Below are positions 1 to 10,570 of a DNA stretch of 23,975 nucleotides, piece by piece. Positions within the stretch are counted from its first letter, which is position 1, and each line of letters begins with the position of its first letter. The notes under the pieces are model-generated. The model saw only the letters and a program-made list of their open reading frames with translations. It made no database searches and was not told where the DNA came from. Source of the stretch: Amoeboaphelidium protococcarum X5 (taxonomy: Eukaryota > Fungi > Aphelidiomycota); assembly GCA_023515725.1 (NCBI GenBank), contig JALDTO010000029.1, forward strand, positions 1 to 23,975, given 5' to 3'. The position numbers and the translations under genes were made by a program.

Positions 1-350
1 GGAGAAATTTGCTACGCCACTTTGTTTCTTGATCTTTGATCAATAGAGCTCAGCCACACGGCACGTATACTATTTAATTGACTTTTATCTATTCTATTTT
101 GATTATTCTAACAAAACCTTGCTGAAGGTACAAGGTTGATAAAATCTCTTCTTATTCAGTAATAGAGCCTTAGCGTTATACACCTACGGTATTTCTAATT
201 TTCGGTGAGACACAGACTTTTCTTAATGCACCACATTTGTGGTCGCATTTACACTTTATAACCATTTACCACCACAGACATACGGCAAAGCATTATATGC
301 TCGGAAGAGTCAACTCTAAGAATGAGGCACTGTGATGGATTATTGAGTAA

Positions 351-504
351 GGAGATGTAAATGTGTCATCTCCAATTCTGGAGACATGCACTACAGTATT
401 AAACTCCATGTGATAAAAACGTAAAAATATAAAGCGCGATAATCGAATGGAGATGAATAAATTTTTGGAGATAAAATTACTCGTATCTCCATGGAGATGA
501 ATAA
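351..504. repeat. Cluster of GGAGAT motifs in direct and inverted orientation
   Basis: GGAGATG 351-357 / CATCTCC 367-373; TGGAGAC 379-385; ATGGAGATGAATAA at 447-460 and 491-504; TGGAGATA 466-473 / TATCTCCA 484-491. Confidence 0.6.
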
Positions 505-594
505 TTTAACCCTTTTTAATAAAGCCATCTGAAAACGCGCTACAACCAATTCAGCTTTGAATCTTGGTGAAATCTCTTAAACAAACAGAACCGT

Positions 595-1203
595 ATGAAG
601 CGCTTATAATCGGTAAAAGAGCCTGCTTTAGATTCGACCGTATTTCTTGTAAATTTATCCAACAAGACGTTCGATAAGAACTTTGGTATTTATAAAGGCA
701 AGCATGAGAATGGTCGCGCGAAGGTGTTCATTGCTGGCAAGGAAGTGCTGATCAAGCCTGAGAACTGTCTCCTGTATGAAACTGATCCTGTGGTAGATCC
801 CTCTTGGATTATATGGTGTCTGCGTCGAGGCATAGCTGATGTCAGCGATATGATTTCTGCACGCGCGGATATTAAACATCGAGTTGACCAAGTTACAAGC
901 ACGTTCAAGTTGAATACATCTTCGCCGCAGTTCGTTGCGAGTGCTCGCTTCCAATGTCTCGATATGGGTCCACCTCAACCTAATGACTAGATGTACTTTA
1001 TGATGAAGGCGATGATTCCTGAATGTATTGGCGATAGAATAGTTGACTTTAATCGATTCGGACATGGTATCAGCTATCCTAAAGATGATGAAGATTTCAA
1101 GGGCGACGTGTTGAAGAGAATCAAAGAGTATTTACTGTCAGGCATGTGCGAGAAATGTCAAGTTAAAATGTTTGAATGTGGCGATTATTTGGTCGAATAT
1201 TGA
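595..1203 (+). CDS. Uncharacterised 202-aa protein with conserved Cys motifs (paralog A of tandem pair)
   Basis: ATG at 595 and TGA at 1201-1203 in one frame, with internal TAA (607) and TAG (988) read as Gln. Joins track ORFs 724..990 and 991..1203. Collinear similarity to 1356-1994 (CLDMGPP, CxGD, RFGxGI, KEY..SGMCExCQ, FECGDYL). Confidence 0.85.
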
Positions 1204-1355
1204 GACTATCTTTGTTCTTATATATATCCCACATGCAATAACGAATGTTGTTAATAGATTTTATCGCTGTCAGCACGTTGTTTCATCGGTTTTTAGTACT
1301 TGACAATCCCTGTTGATCAACCGAGATTAAACTCAAACTGATTCAAATTTAGAAT

Positions 1356-1994
1356 ATGGTGTATAGATTTACAGATAGATCTTAGGTAAAAGAGGGAGAA
1401 GTGGTGTTCACAGTTAATTTGAAAAATAAGAATTATGACAGAAAGTTTGGTATATATTAAAAGATGGACAATGGTCGCGCCTGTATTGAAATGAATGGGA
1501 CCGTGGTAAAGATACAGCCGCAGAAGTTGCTGATATACAACCCTCTGCCTACTATAGATGATTCATTGATTATCGAATCTCTTCTGTAAGGGCGCGAAGG
1601 AGTACATCATATGGTTGTTGGGAGAAATGGTCGTGTTGACATTTAGCATCGAATCCTTGAAATTTAGAATGGATTCAAGTTGAGGAGTGACAATCCACAA
1701 TTTGACCCTGATGTTAAACTCACATGCTTAGATATGGGACCACCACGTCCCGATGATGAGATGTGGGTAATGCTGAATGAGCACAAGTTTCCATGTCGTG
1801 GCGATGGACTGGTCAATTTCAGGAGATTTGGACAGGGTATAGACTTCCCCATTGACAGCGAGGATTTTCGTGAATAGGTGAAGAAAAGGGTGAAGGAGTA
1901 TTTCATTTCTGGTATGTGTGAGCGCTGCCAGATTATGAACTTTGAGTGCGGCGACTATCTTGACCAGCCCGATGGATATATATATTACACATGA
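1356..1994 (+). CDS. Uncharacterised 212-aa protein with conserved Cys motifs (paralog B of tandem pair)
   Basis: ATG 1356 to TGA 1992-1994 open when TAR=Gln (MVYRFTDRSQVKEGEVVFTVNLKNKNYDRKFGIY...KEYFISGMCERCQIMNFECGDYLDQPDGYIYYT). Full-length homology to paralog A. Confidence 0.85.
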
Positions 1995-2198
1995 ATATTT
2001 GTTACTTAATATATGCTACATTCTCTTCATATTATTGTTGGCGCTTTAACCGTGACTTGCGCATTATTTGGTCGATGCAATTTGCGCGTCACTCTATCCT
2101 TCTTTGAAGTGGCAACGAGTTAATGATAATTGAAACAATTCTTGTTCGCTGATATTAAAATTTCACATTTTTGATACTTTTAATAACCATTTTATCTA

Positions 2199-4390
2199 AT
2201 GTCTCAGAATAAAAGAATTCGCTTAATAGATTAGAAGGATGCTCATAGTATAAGCGTCACTCAGACCATAAGTTCTGTGGCAAATGCGGTGAAAGAACTC
2301 GTGGAAAATAGTCTTGACGCCAACTCTTCAGTGATAGGTACGATTCATTATCGTTATTAATTAAAAATTTATTCTCATTCCATTCACTATGTATTGTAGA
2401 AGTGACGTTTTATAATTATGGTCTTGATGGTGTTAAAGTGTCTGATAACGGTAGCGGGATAGCTGAGGATCAATTTGCTGCACTTGGTATGTCTTTTTGA
2501 GTATAACTATCGGTATAACGAATCATCTACAGTATAAGGAGTGTAGCTTTGAGAAATCACACGTCTAAAATAGAGTCACTGTAATAGTTAGCTGAAGCTG
2601 ATTCTTTTGGATTTAGAGGTGAAGGATTGAATGCTTTATGCTTTATATCAGACGTGGAGATAGTGACGCGCCATTCTACCTCATCTACTGGATTCCAATT
2701 GACTTTTGACCACTCCGGTGGCATTGAAAGACAGGTGGTACAGAGCAGAGATTAAGGCACTACAGTGCATATCTAAAATCTGTTTGCTTCCCTCCCCGTG
2801 CGCAGGTAAGAGTTTATACGGAACCATAAGAAGGAGTATGCCAAGTGTGTATCGCTGCTGACTGAATATGGCCTAGTAATGTCTAATCGCACTAAACTCT
2901 GTATTAAGCATTAAGTATAGAAGGCTGGCAATAATTCGTAGAAAGTTTTACTATGTTCTGGTGAGTCTTTGTTGGCAAATGCTACAGCAGTGTACGGAGT
3001 CAAGTTTGCGAATACACTGCGTTCTCTAGGTGGATTCTCGCTGGCTGGTGGTGATGGCAATGTGGCATAGTGTCAGGTTGATGGTCTGATGAGTGCGGGC
3101 GGATAAGGTAGAAGTTCTGCGGACCGTCAGTATCTTTATATCAATCGTCGTCCAGTGCATTTACCTAAAATTGCTCGCCTAATGAATGAAGTTTGGAAGA
3201 GCCAGTATCCTCAATCTTATCCGTGCTATGTTCTAATGTTCACCCTGCCTGCAAATTCTTATGATGTTAATGTCACTCCTGATAAACGGTAAATTCTCCT
3301 GCATAATGAGTAATAGATTTTGTAATGGCTCCGAGATGTTGTGTCTGAATGGATAAATTCCAATTCTGGCTCAATTCAACGTCAAGTGCTATCTCAATAG
3401 ACTCAACTGTTCCCAAGTCAGTCCTCTGATTCTAAAACGGCCTCATCATCATCAAGTTCTATGGCTTCACTTTAATCACTGCCAAAGTCATCATCATCCT
3501 AATAATCACCATCTATGAAAGAAGATTAATCTCAAGTCAAGTAGAAAGTTCTCAGTGATGTCAATTTACTAGTGCCAGATTCGAACAAGAAGTTTCATGT
3601 TCATAATGTTAATGAACATTTATAAATTGATTTGAACGAGATTGAATGTGGTTTGATTGAAAAGTTGCAATAGGAAGATGATGAGTAAATAAAGAGTGAT
3701 TTTGTGAGCAGCCAGACGCTTGATATTGAAGGCGAACGTGCTGAAGAGTAGACTGCAGTTAGATTGAGCAAGCTGCAATTCCAAGACATGCAAGTGGTGG
3801 GACAGTTTAATCTGGCATTCATCATTGCGAAACTCCAATCTGAATCTGGCATGGACTATTTTGTGGTGGATTAACATGCAAGTGATGAAAAGACTCGATT
3901 TGAAATGTATATGTAGAACTTGAAAATATAATGCCAGCCACTTGTAAATCCTTTGACTGCTCACCTGACGCCAAATCAAGTTCAAATGGTGATGGAGAAT
4001 GAATAACTATTTAAAAGCAACGGATTTATCGTGTCACCTGCTCCTGGAGATTCATCAGCCATCTGCATTAAATCCTTACCGACTCTCAATGGTCGCACTT
4101 ATACGCAATCTGATTTCGAGGAACTTCTGCTGTAACTCACCGATTCCGATGGTCATCACTGCCATGGAGATAGTGGAAGTCATTGCTGTTCAAAGACTAG
4201 AGCCGTGCTAGCATCGAAAGCTTGTCGATCAGCTATAATGGTTGGCGATACGTTGAGTATGAATAAAATGCAGCAAGTTGTAAGCGGTTTGTCTAAACTA
4301 AATCATCCCTGGTGTTGTCCACATGGCCGACCTACCATCCGGTGGTTATACTCCAGCCAAACTGACTAGTCTTCATAATCGCAGCCTTGA
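2199..4390 (+). CDS. PMS2: MutL-family mismatch repair endonuclease PMS2 (fungal Pms1), ~689 aa, 2 introns (2338-2399, 2487-2546)
   Basis: GHKL ATPase motifs KELVENSLDA, VSDNGSGI, HTSKI, FGFRGE; DVNVTPDKR; endonuclease motif DQHASDEKTRFE with Q encoded by TAA (3872-3874); ACRSA and CPHGRP. Removing the two GT-AG introns restores the frame (2070 nt). Confidence 0.96.
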
Positions 4391-4596
4391 TTTGAGTTAT
4401 TGATCTATAAAAGCAATCTGAACGTGTAAATAAGCTTAATGAGTTGTGAATAATGCTTAAGTAAAAGTATTTATGCAAAAGCCCATGATCAATAACCTTC
4501 ATTTATTATTAGACAGTACACAACTCCAAATTCAACCTCAAGTACAAAGAGCATTACTTCACACTCACTAAGCATGCAATGAGTAATACTAAATGA

Positions 4597-5336
4597 TCAG
4601 ACAGTTCTACGGTCAGTCATGACGCGAACAATACAGCCAACACCACCAACCTCGAAGGTCTTCTCATGCCAGGAGAGAAGAGTCTGAGGATTAAACTTAT
4701 CCGGATACTCCATACCACGGTAGACATACTTCATCAACGTATCCACATCATCCTGACTGAGTCCTTTCAAAATGTTAGGAATGTCTGTAGCCTTGACAGC
4801 ACTCAGAATATCCATCACAGTCTAAGTATGCTTAAACTACAACACATTATGACAATAAGACATAATTATAAAGACGTCATGAGACATTCATCAAAAAGTA
4901 CACATATAAATAAATACCTTTGTTTATTGCGGCGCAGATCCAGTTGGAGCATTAGCTAGTGCAATCTTCAAAGCATCAGCTATACCACCTCTACATCATA
5001 AACTCAAAATAATATCATAAAGTATACACATATAATATAATGCAATATTTGAGAACAATAATACCTAGTCAGCAGCTGCCTAACTTCCTGAGCCGCAGAG
5101 TTTACCTACTTCTCAATCTCCTGTGCCTGACGAGGAGGATGCAAATCAACATTGGTCACATTGGCCACGAGACGTCCAGATGAAGCAGGAGCAGCACCTC
5201 CAGCTGCAGCATCATCATCAGCACTGAACTTTGCCTGCAGCAATTCTTCATCTTCAACAAATCTATCCTCATCAAATGCATCCACGTCAATCTTTCTGTA
5301 CGCATTCTGGTCAACTTGGGTAGGCATACTTGGCAT
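4597..5336 (-). CDS. ARPC5: Arp2/3 complex subunit 5 (p16-Arc/Arc15), 2 introns (4991-5064, 4837-4917)
   Basis: N-terminal YRKIDVDAFDED; C-terminal DTLMKYVYRGM...LLSWHEK..EVGGVGCIVRVMTDRRTV; middle exon GGIADALKIALANAP joined in frame by two GT-AG introns. Confidence 0.95.
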
Positions 5337-5768
5337 ATTTTCTCAGTATATAAGTTCTATCTCGAGAATAATATATTAACCTACTACCCAATAAAATACT
5401 CAGAATAAGAAAGTTCAAATAAGACTATTTAATCATAGTATGTATGGTACTTACTATTAAAATGGATTCAGCAAGAGGAATTTAAAACGGACGGCGCTGT
5501 TGAAAAGGTAAGAGGGAAAAGAGAAACGTTTGAACACGAAATAGAGAACGATGATCGCTGCACTGCTTTGAACTGAAGGGGCCAAAGGAAAGTTCTTTGG
5601 ACGGCGGAGACGCGAAACAGAGAGAGAGATTTCTCCTACAAGGCACCGTGCTGTGACTGTAAGAACATCTCTGTATATAAGCGGGATGTCGAAGCGATTT
5701 AAAATTAAAAATTAAATTGATACACTGGTATAAATGTTTTCTCTTATCCACACCAACTATCATCATCA

Positions 5769-7226
5769 TCATTTATGTAAGTCGTAGATGTACTTTTCAA
5801 CGTCAAAGTCTACAGATTTGGACACTTGTCTGATAGACGGTAGCGAGATGTTAACTTTGAGTCTAAGACATTCCAGGGAGCGATCCATAGTGGATGAGCA
5901 TTTGTTGAGTAATTTCATAGAGATCAAGGATTAAATCTAACTATGGATCTAGATTGCATTTTTATCCGCATACTGAGCGGCACTATCACTGATGATAGTC
6001 TCAAATATGCCAAGCATTCTGTCCACTTCAAACGTTTTCGGTCCAGTGTGGACTGACGCAAACTTGTTCATGTTCTTATTTTGCAGTCTCAGAGATTTTT
6101 AACCATTCCTACCTTGTACCTATCTACTTCCGAAAACTTTGGAATCAAATTTGGACGGATTGTATGATGCCAGGTATGATGCAATTAATATAAACTTGGC
6201 AAGACTTGGTAAATCAGTCAGACGACGCGCTGTTAAATCGTGGATACTAACATTCTCTTTCAACAGAACGCGACGTAGAAAGTTCGCCTGAGACACTTGT
6301 CTCATGTACAAGTTGATAATATCATCACGCAGGTGATCTTTCAAATGGTTCAGAAGCTTTCTCACAACCAGACTGTACTCTTAATCACTCTCTGGGTTCT
6401 CTATCAGGTCCTTATAGTTCTACTGCTAATTATAATTACCATCCAACTCGTTAAACAGCGGCGCAACGTAGACTGGAAATAGAGATTAAGTCACATAACT
6501 TATATCCGTAACTTTAACCGACTTGGACTTCAATGCGTCATACACAACCCTGGCAAGACTTTCGTAAAGTTTCGTATACAGAATCTTCTCCTTCAATGTC
6601 TTCTATAAATGGTGGAAGCGTTGCGCTAATTTAAATGATTATTCAAAAGATTACTGCAACACTATTTCAATACACTCCTTCTGAGAATACTCTTGCAGAT
6701 ACAATATTTAAGGATCCAAAAATCCACAGAGACCAAAAGCTTCCCAATTCAAATGACTCGCCATTACCATGCCGAGTTGAGACTGTGAACCAATGCTGAC
6801 AAGAAAATCATTCACCTTCAACAGGGAAGCCACAAAATCTATACAGTCTTAGAGTTCATGAGCATTATCCAAAATTATTATAACGCTCTTGTTCAACTTT
6901 GACAGGATGTGCGTAAAGTCTACAATATTTTTGGGTGAAGAGTCGGACTCAAGCACTCTCAATATAGTTCTAAGAATAGCTGTGCAGTCATGAGCAACTA
7001 AAGTGCAATCGACATAAGCAACAACTTATTTATCAACTTGGCTGACAAAATTCTTCAATAAAGTCGTCTTTCCACTACTGTATCCTCCATAAACGTAAAG
7101 CAGTGGCACTGGATATTCACTCTACACTGTGCTTGGAAGTGAATTCATCAAAATTCAATCTAAGTAAAAGCTTACAATTAGATAGGAATTGAGAAACTCC
7201 AACTCCAACTCTCTTCCAATAAGCAT
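5769..7226 (-). CDS. ORC5: Origin recognition complex subunit 5, ~467 aa, 1 intron (7122-7175)
   Basis: N-terminal GRE, Walker A LYVYGGYSSGKTT, ORC5_C motif LPSLAKFILIASYLASYNPSKFDSKVF, C-terminal VNISLPSIRQVSKSVDFDVEKYIYD then TGA. Confidence 0.93.
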
Positions 7227-7380
7227 AATTACAAAGACTATATGATGATAATAAGAAATCGAAGATTAAATTTGACAACAAGTGAAATGCACTTATTTAG
7301 ATATGATACAGCAGGTAATTATGCCTGTTTCTTTAGCACTGAGAATGAGCTTCTTTCAGCAATTATACTTGAAACGAAAT

Positions 7381-7391
7381 ACGCGACGCGT
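7381..7391. promoter_or_regulatory. Tandem MCB-like elements (ACGCGACGCGT) in the ORC5/PEX11 divergent promoter
   Basis: ACGCG followed by ACGCGT, about 155 nt upstream of the ORC5 ATG. Matches the fungal MluI cell-cycle box; function is inferred. Confidence 0.35.
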
Positions 7392-7547
7392 GATCTTTTG
7401 AAACGACTCACACACGCAAAGAGGAGTTCGCACAAAGTGTTAGCAGTTTCTGCAATCATTCTTGCAAAGTCTATATATTCATCAATTCTAATCCCATACC
7501 GTTATAGTGTTTTCACTGTTCCGTCTCCTGATACTGAATAAGATAAT

Positions 7548-8378
7548 ATGTCTCAAAATTAATTTTTGTTGCCTGTAGAGCCTTGGATTAAGTTCACCTC
7601 TACCACTGTGGGAAGGGATAAGCTGTATCGTACGGTGCAGTACTTTAGCAAGTTTCTGGCCTTTTACCTGAGTAAGTCCGACTCGTCGAAGGATCTCGCT
7701 GACCGTCTGACTAGATTGTCTGCTGCCGTTGGTCTGGCTCGTAAGTTGTTTAGATTTGGGAAACCGGCTGATTTTATTCAGACTATATTCAAGTCGCTGA
7801 GTATCAAGGACGATGTTATTAAAACTTGTGCAATTGGTCGCTCCCTGTTTCTGGCAATGTGGCTGGGCCTGGATACCTTGCAGTGGTTGAATGCTCATAA
7901 AGTTATCAATTTGCCTGCTGCTCCAGCCACCATTCAAGCTATAAGCGCGGTATCTGGCGGTCCTCTGACTAACAAGACTTCCGCGTATGCAGCATCCTCC
8001 AACGATCCGAATCCATTGAACTCTTCCCTGCAGTTGTTCTCTTTACCGTGGGTGAATAAGAATGCTGCCCGTTGTTGGTTCATTGGACTCTTGTTTGCTA
8101 TCAGTGCCGACCTGTGGCGTCTGAGGGGAAATATTCAGAGGGTCGAGGTGCTGGAAAGAGCCAAGAAGGGTGGTACTGATGTTGACGACATTAGAAAAGA
8201 GTTGAGTACTTTAAAGCGTGAACAGAAGAAGATTTATTTGGAGTTGACTCAAGATACGTTGGACCTCGTGATTCCAGGATCTCTGCTGGAAATTATCAAG
8301 GTGGACAATGGGTTTGTTGGTCTAGTTGGAACCATCACGTCTCTAATCGGCTGGAACGCTGCATGGCCTCGCAATTGA
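7548..8378 (+). CDS. PEX11: Peroxisomal membrane protein PEX11, 276 aa
   Basis: TTVGRDKLYRTVQYFSKFL, LARKLFRFGK, QDTLDLVIP and C-terminal GFVGLVGTITSLIG..W. The true ATG at 7548 lies upstream of one in-frame TAA (Gln). Confidence 0.95.
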
Positions 8379-8660
8379 ACTTGATATTTACTTAAATTAC
8401 TTTGAAAGTTATAGTTTCTTTCTATTTCTTGTCGTGTTACTATTTTCATATTAGTTATGATTACGACTTTCCAACGTGCCAATTATAACGCGTGATCGGC
8501 CACCGTTAATTGGATTGGACGACGCCCAGAATAGCATCACATCAGCTACTGATTAGCCTTACTTGATCGACTTTTATCTCTTTTTACTTATCATTTTACA
8601 CCATTACATTATTCGATATATCAAATACTGCTAAGGGATTTTTCAATTACAAAAGATATC

Positions 8661-10322
8661 ATGATGGAGATTCAAAGCAGCCGTGGACTTGGAAAACCTG
8701 ATCAATATGACACGATCAAGTTGGCTGGAATGAAGCGTAAACACAAGAGTAAAAGCAAGAGCTTTGCGGCCGCCAAGTCTTAATAAATAAACTCACCAGA
8801 CACAGTGGCCGGCAGAAATTTTAGCTTTAATTCACAATCTGGAAATAGAAAGAGAAAGCGTGGACACACTGCACCCGTCAGTATTGTATCAAGTGATTTT
8901 GGTAAGATGAACTCGCGTGTGATGAAACAGAGATTCGACTCTGTAACAACTCCTCGAAAATCTGCTCAACATCATCAAGTTGCATCTGTGATAAAAACGC
9001 CAATTGATGGTCAGGATTATGACTTGCAGCTGCGATTAGAAGAATCTGTCGTCAAACTGATAAATGATTCCATACAGCTTGAGGATAAAATTGATTTTGA
9101 ACTAGACTTGATTGATGGAGAAGCGGAATCGAAAAGCAATGATCAGCAAGCTCTAGTCTCCAAACAGCTATCCATGATGTCAATTTCTACAAGTTCATCA
9201 TCTTCCCAAGAATCTGATGATGCAATGTCATAGTCCAGAGAGAGTCTTGATGATCTACAAAACAGCGGATATAAATCTGATGGATCTGCAAGTAGCAGTA
9301 TGGCTGCCTCTTCTGTCGTCTCACTTAGACGAAAGCCGCGAATCCAGACGCGTCGCGTTGGCTCTGAGCAAAGATTGAAACAACGCGAGTAGAGAAAGTA
9401 ACTTTATGAGCGTCGCATGTCTGCCTCTGCCGATAATGATGGCTACATGAGTGATGATACTGACTACAAGCTCCGTGATATGACTCCAATAGAGAATAGA
9501 GTCCATGGTAAAAAGTAAAGACGTAAATCTCTTACACTGGAGAGTCTGAATCCGTCTGTGATGCGCTCTGGTACTCAGCAGATGGTGCTTAATTTCTTTA
9601 CTCCATTAGACGCTAATACTCTGTAGATGCTGGATGTTGCAACCTCTGACAAAGCGTCTGCTTCGAATACACTAAAGACTACAGCCACTTTGAAAGGTAT
9701 GATAAAGAGCTGGAGACGCGCCTTAATGTCCACCAATGACGATAGCACTTTGTCTAGAAACGCGACTAAAAAGAGTACTGCTGAAATGAGACAATTCATA
9801 ATTGGTCAGTCACCTCCGCACTTGGTTAGACGTTTGAGTAGAATTTCAACATCAAAATTGAGCAACATGCCTACAACATCTGGCGAAATTGATGCCAAGT
9901 ATTTGAAAGCCTCGCCTAGCCAAGTTAGACGCAATCGTGGTCTGAGAGAGCAAGTGCTCATTATGAACATGCTCTAAGACCTCCTGCTGGCTTAGAACAA
10001 GAGTCTTGAGGAGATTCAGCAGATGAAGCGTCGCGCCACCAAGATGAAGCCGCGCAAATAGAGAAAGTAGCCAATGTCTCTTGTTCAGCAGATTGATTCC
10101 GGTGTGAAAGGTGTTAATAATGGTGCTCATAAGGCTGAGAAGGTGAAGACTGATGCTTTCAAGATGATGTTGGATGAGATTCCAGATGATGATCAAGAAC
10201 ATCGCAAACCTCGCCGCAATTCTGCAGATCCAGTCATGGCAAATAACAGCCACAACGCGGTCGATGATGAAGATGATGAAAAGCCTCTTGGTGTCCTTTT
10301 CCAAACTGAATTGCTATAATGA
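8661..10322 (+). CDS. Uncharacterised 553-aa Ser/Arg/Lys-rich, largely disordered protein with a short helical LREQVLIMNML motif
   Basis: Track ORFs 8805, 9627 and 10074 share one frame and are joined through TAR codons. ATG at 8661; ends TAA TGA at 10317-10322. Confidence 0.85.
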
Positions 10323-10570
10323 ATGCATATTTGACTTATTAATATATAGAATATAGACATTGCATCTCCTATATTTGTCTCTTTTTTACCAATACCTGCA
10401 AAAGCATATTCTAGAACTTAATCACTTGTTGTTATGGCGGATCATGTATAACTTAGTCTCCACGGCATTCAACATAGCAACCGCGATTACAAATAACAAA
10501 GTTCAAGTATTGTCTTTAAATACACACACTATCACCTTTAATTTGCAGCTCCCTAAATTGAATTGCAATC

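Noticed and set aside
1-300. About 87-codon TGA-free frame on the minus strand
   Set aside because: It has no start codon or recognisable motif, and long open frames arise easily when only TGA is a stop.
351-504. CRISPR-like array interpretation of the GGAGAT repeats
   Set aside because: The repeats are short, irregularly spaced and in both orientations, in a eukaryotic context with no cas genes.
2605-2630. PMS2 GFRGEGL instead of canonical GFRGEAL
   Set aside because: This is a single conservative change with all other ATPase and endonuclease motifs intact, so it is not evidence of altered function.
5461-5700. GC-richer stretch with small hairpin (CCAAAG...CTTTGG) and ORF 5482..5772 as possible ncRNA or gene
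   Set aside because: No tRNA, snRNA or snoRNA hallmarks were recognised. It is adequately explained as ARPC5 promoter/leader plus ORC5 3' UTR.
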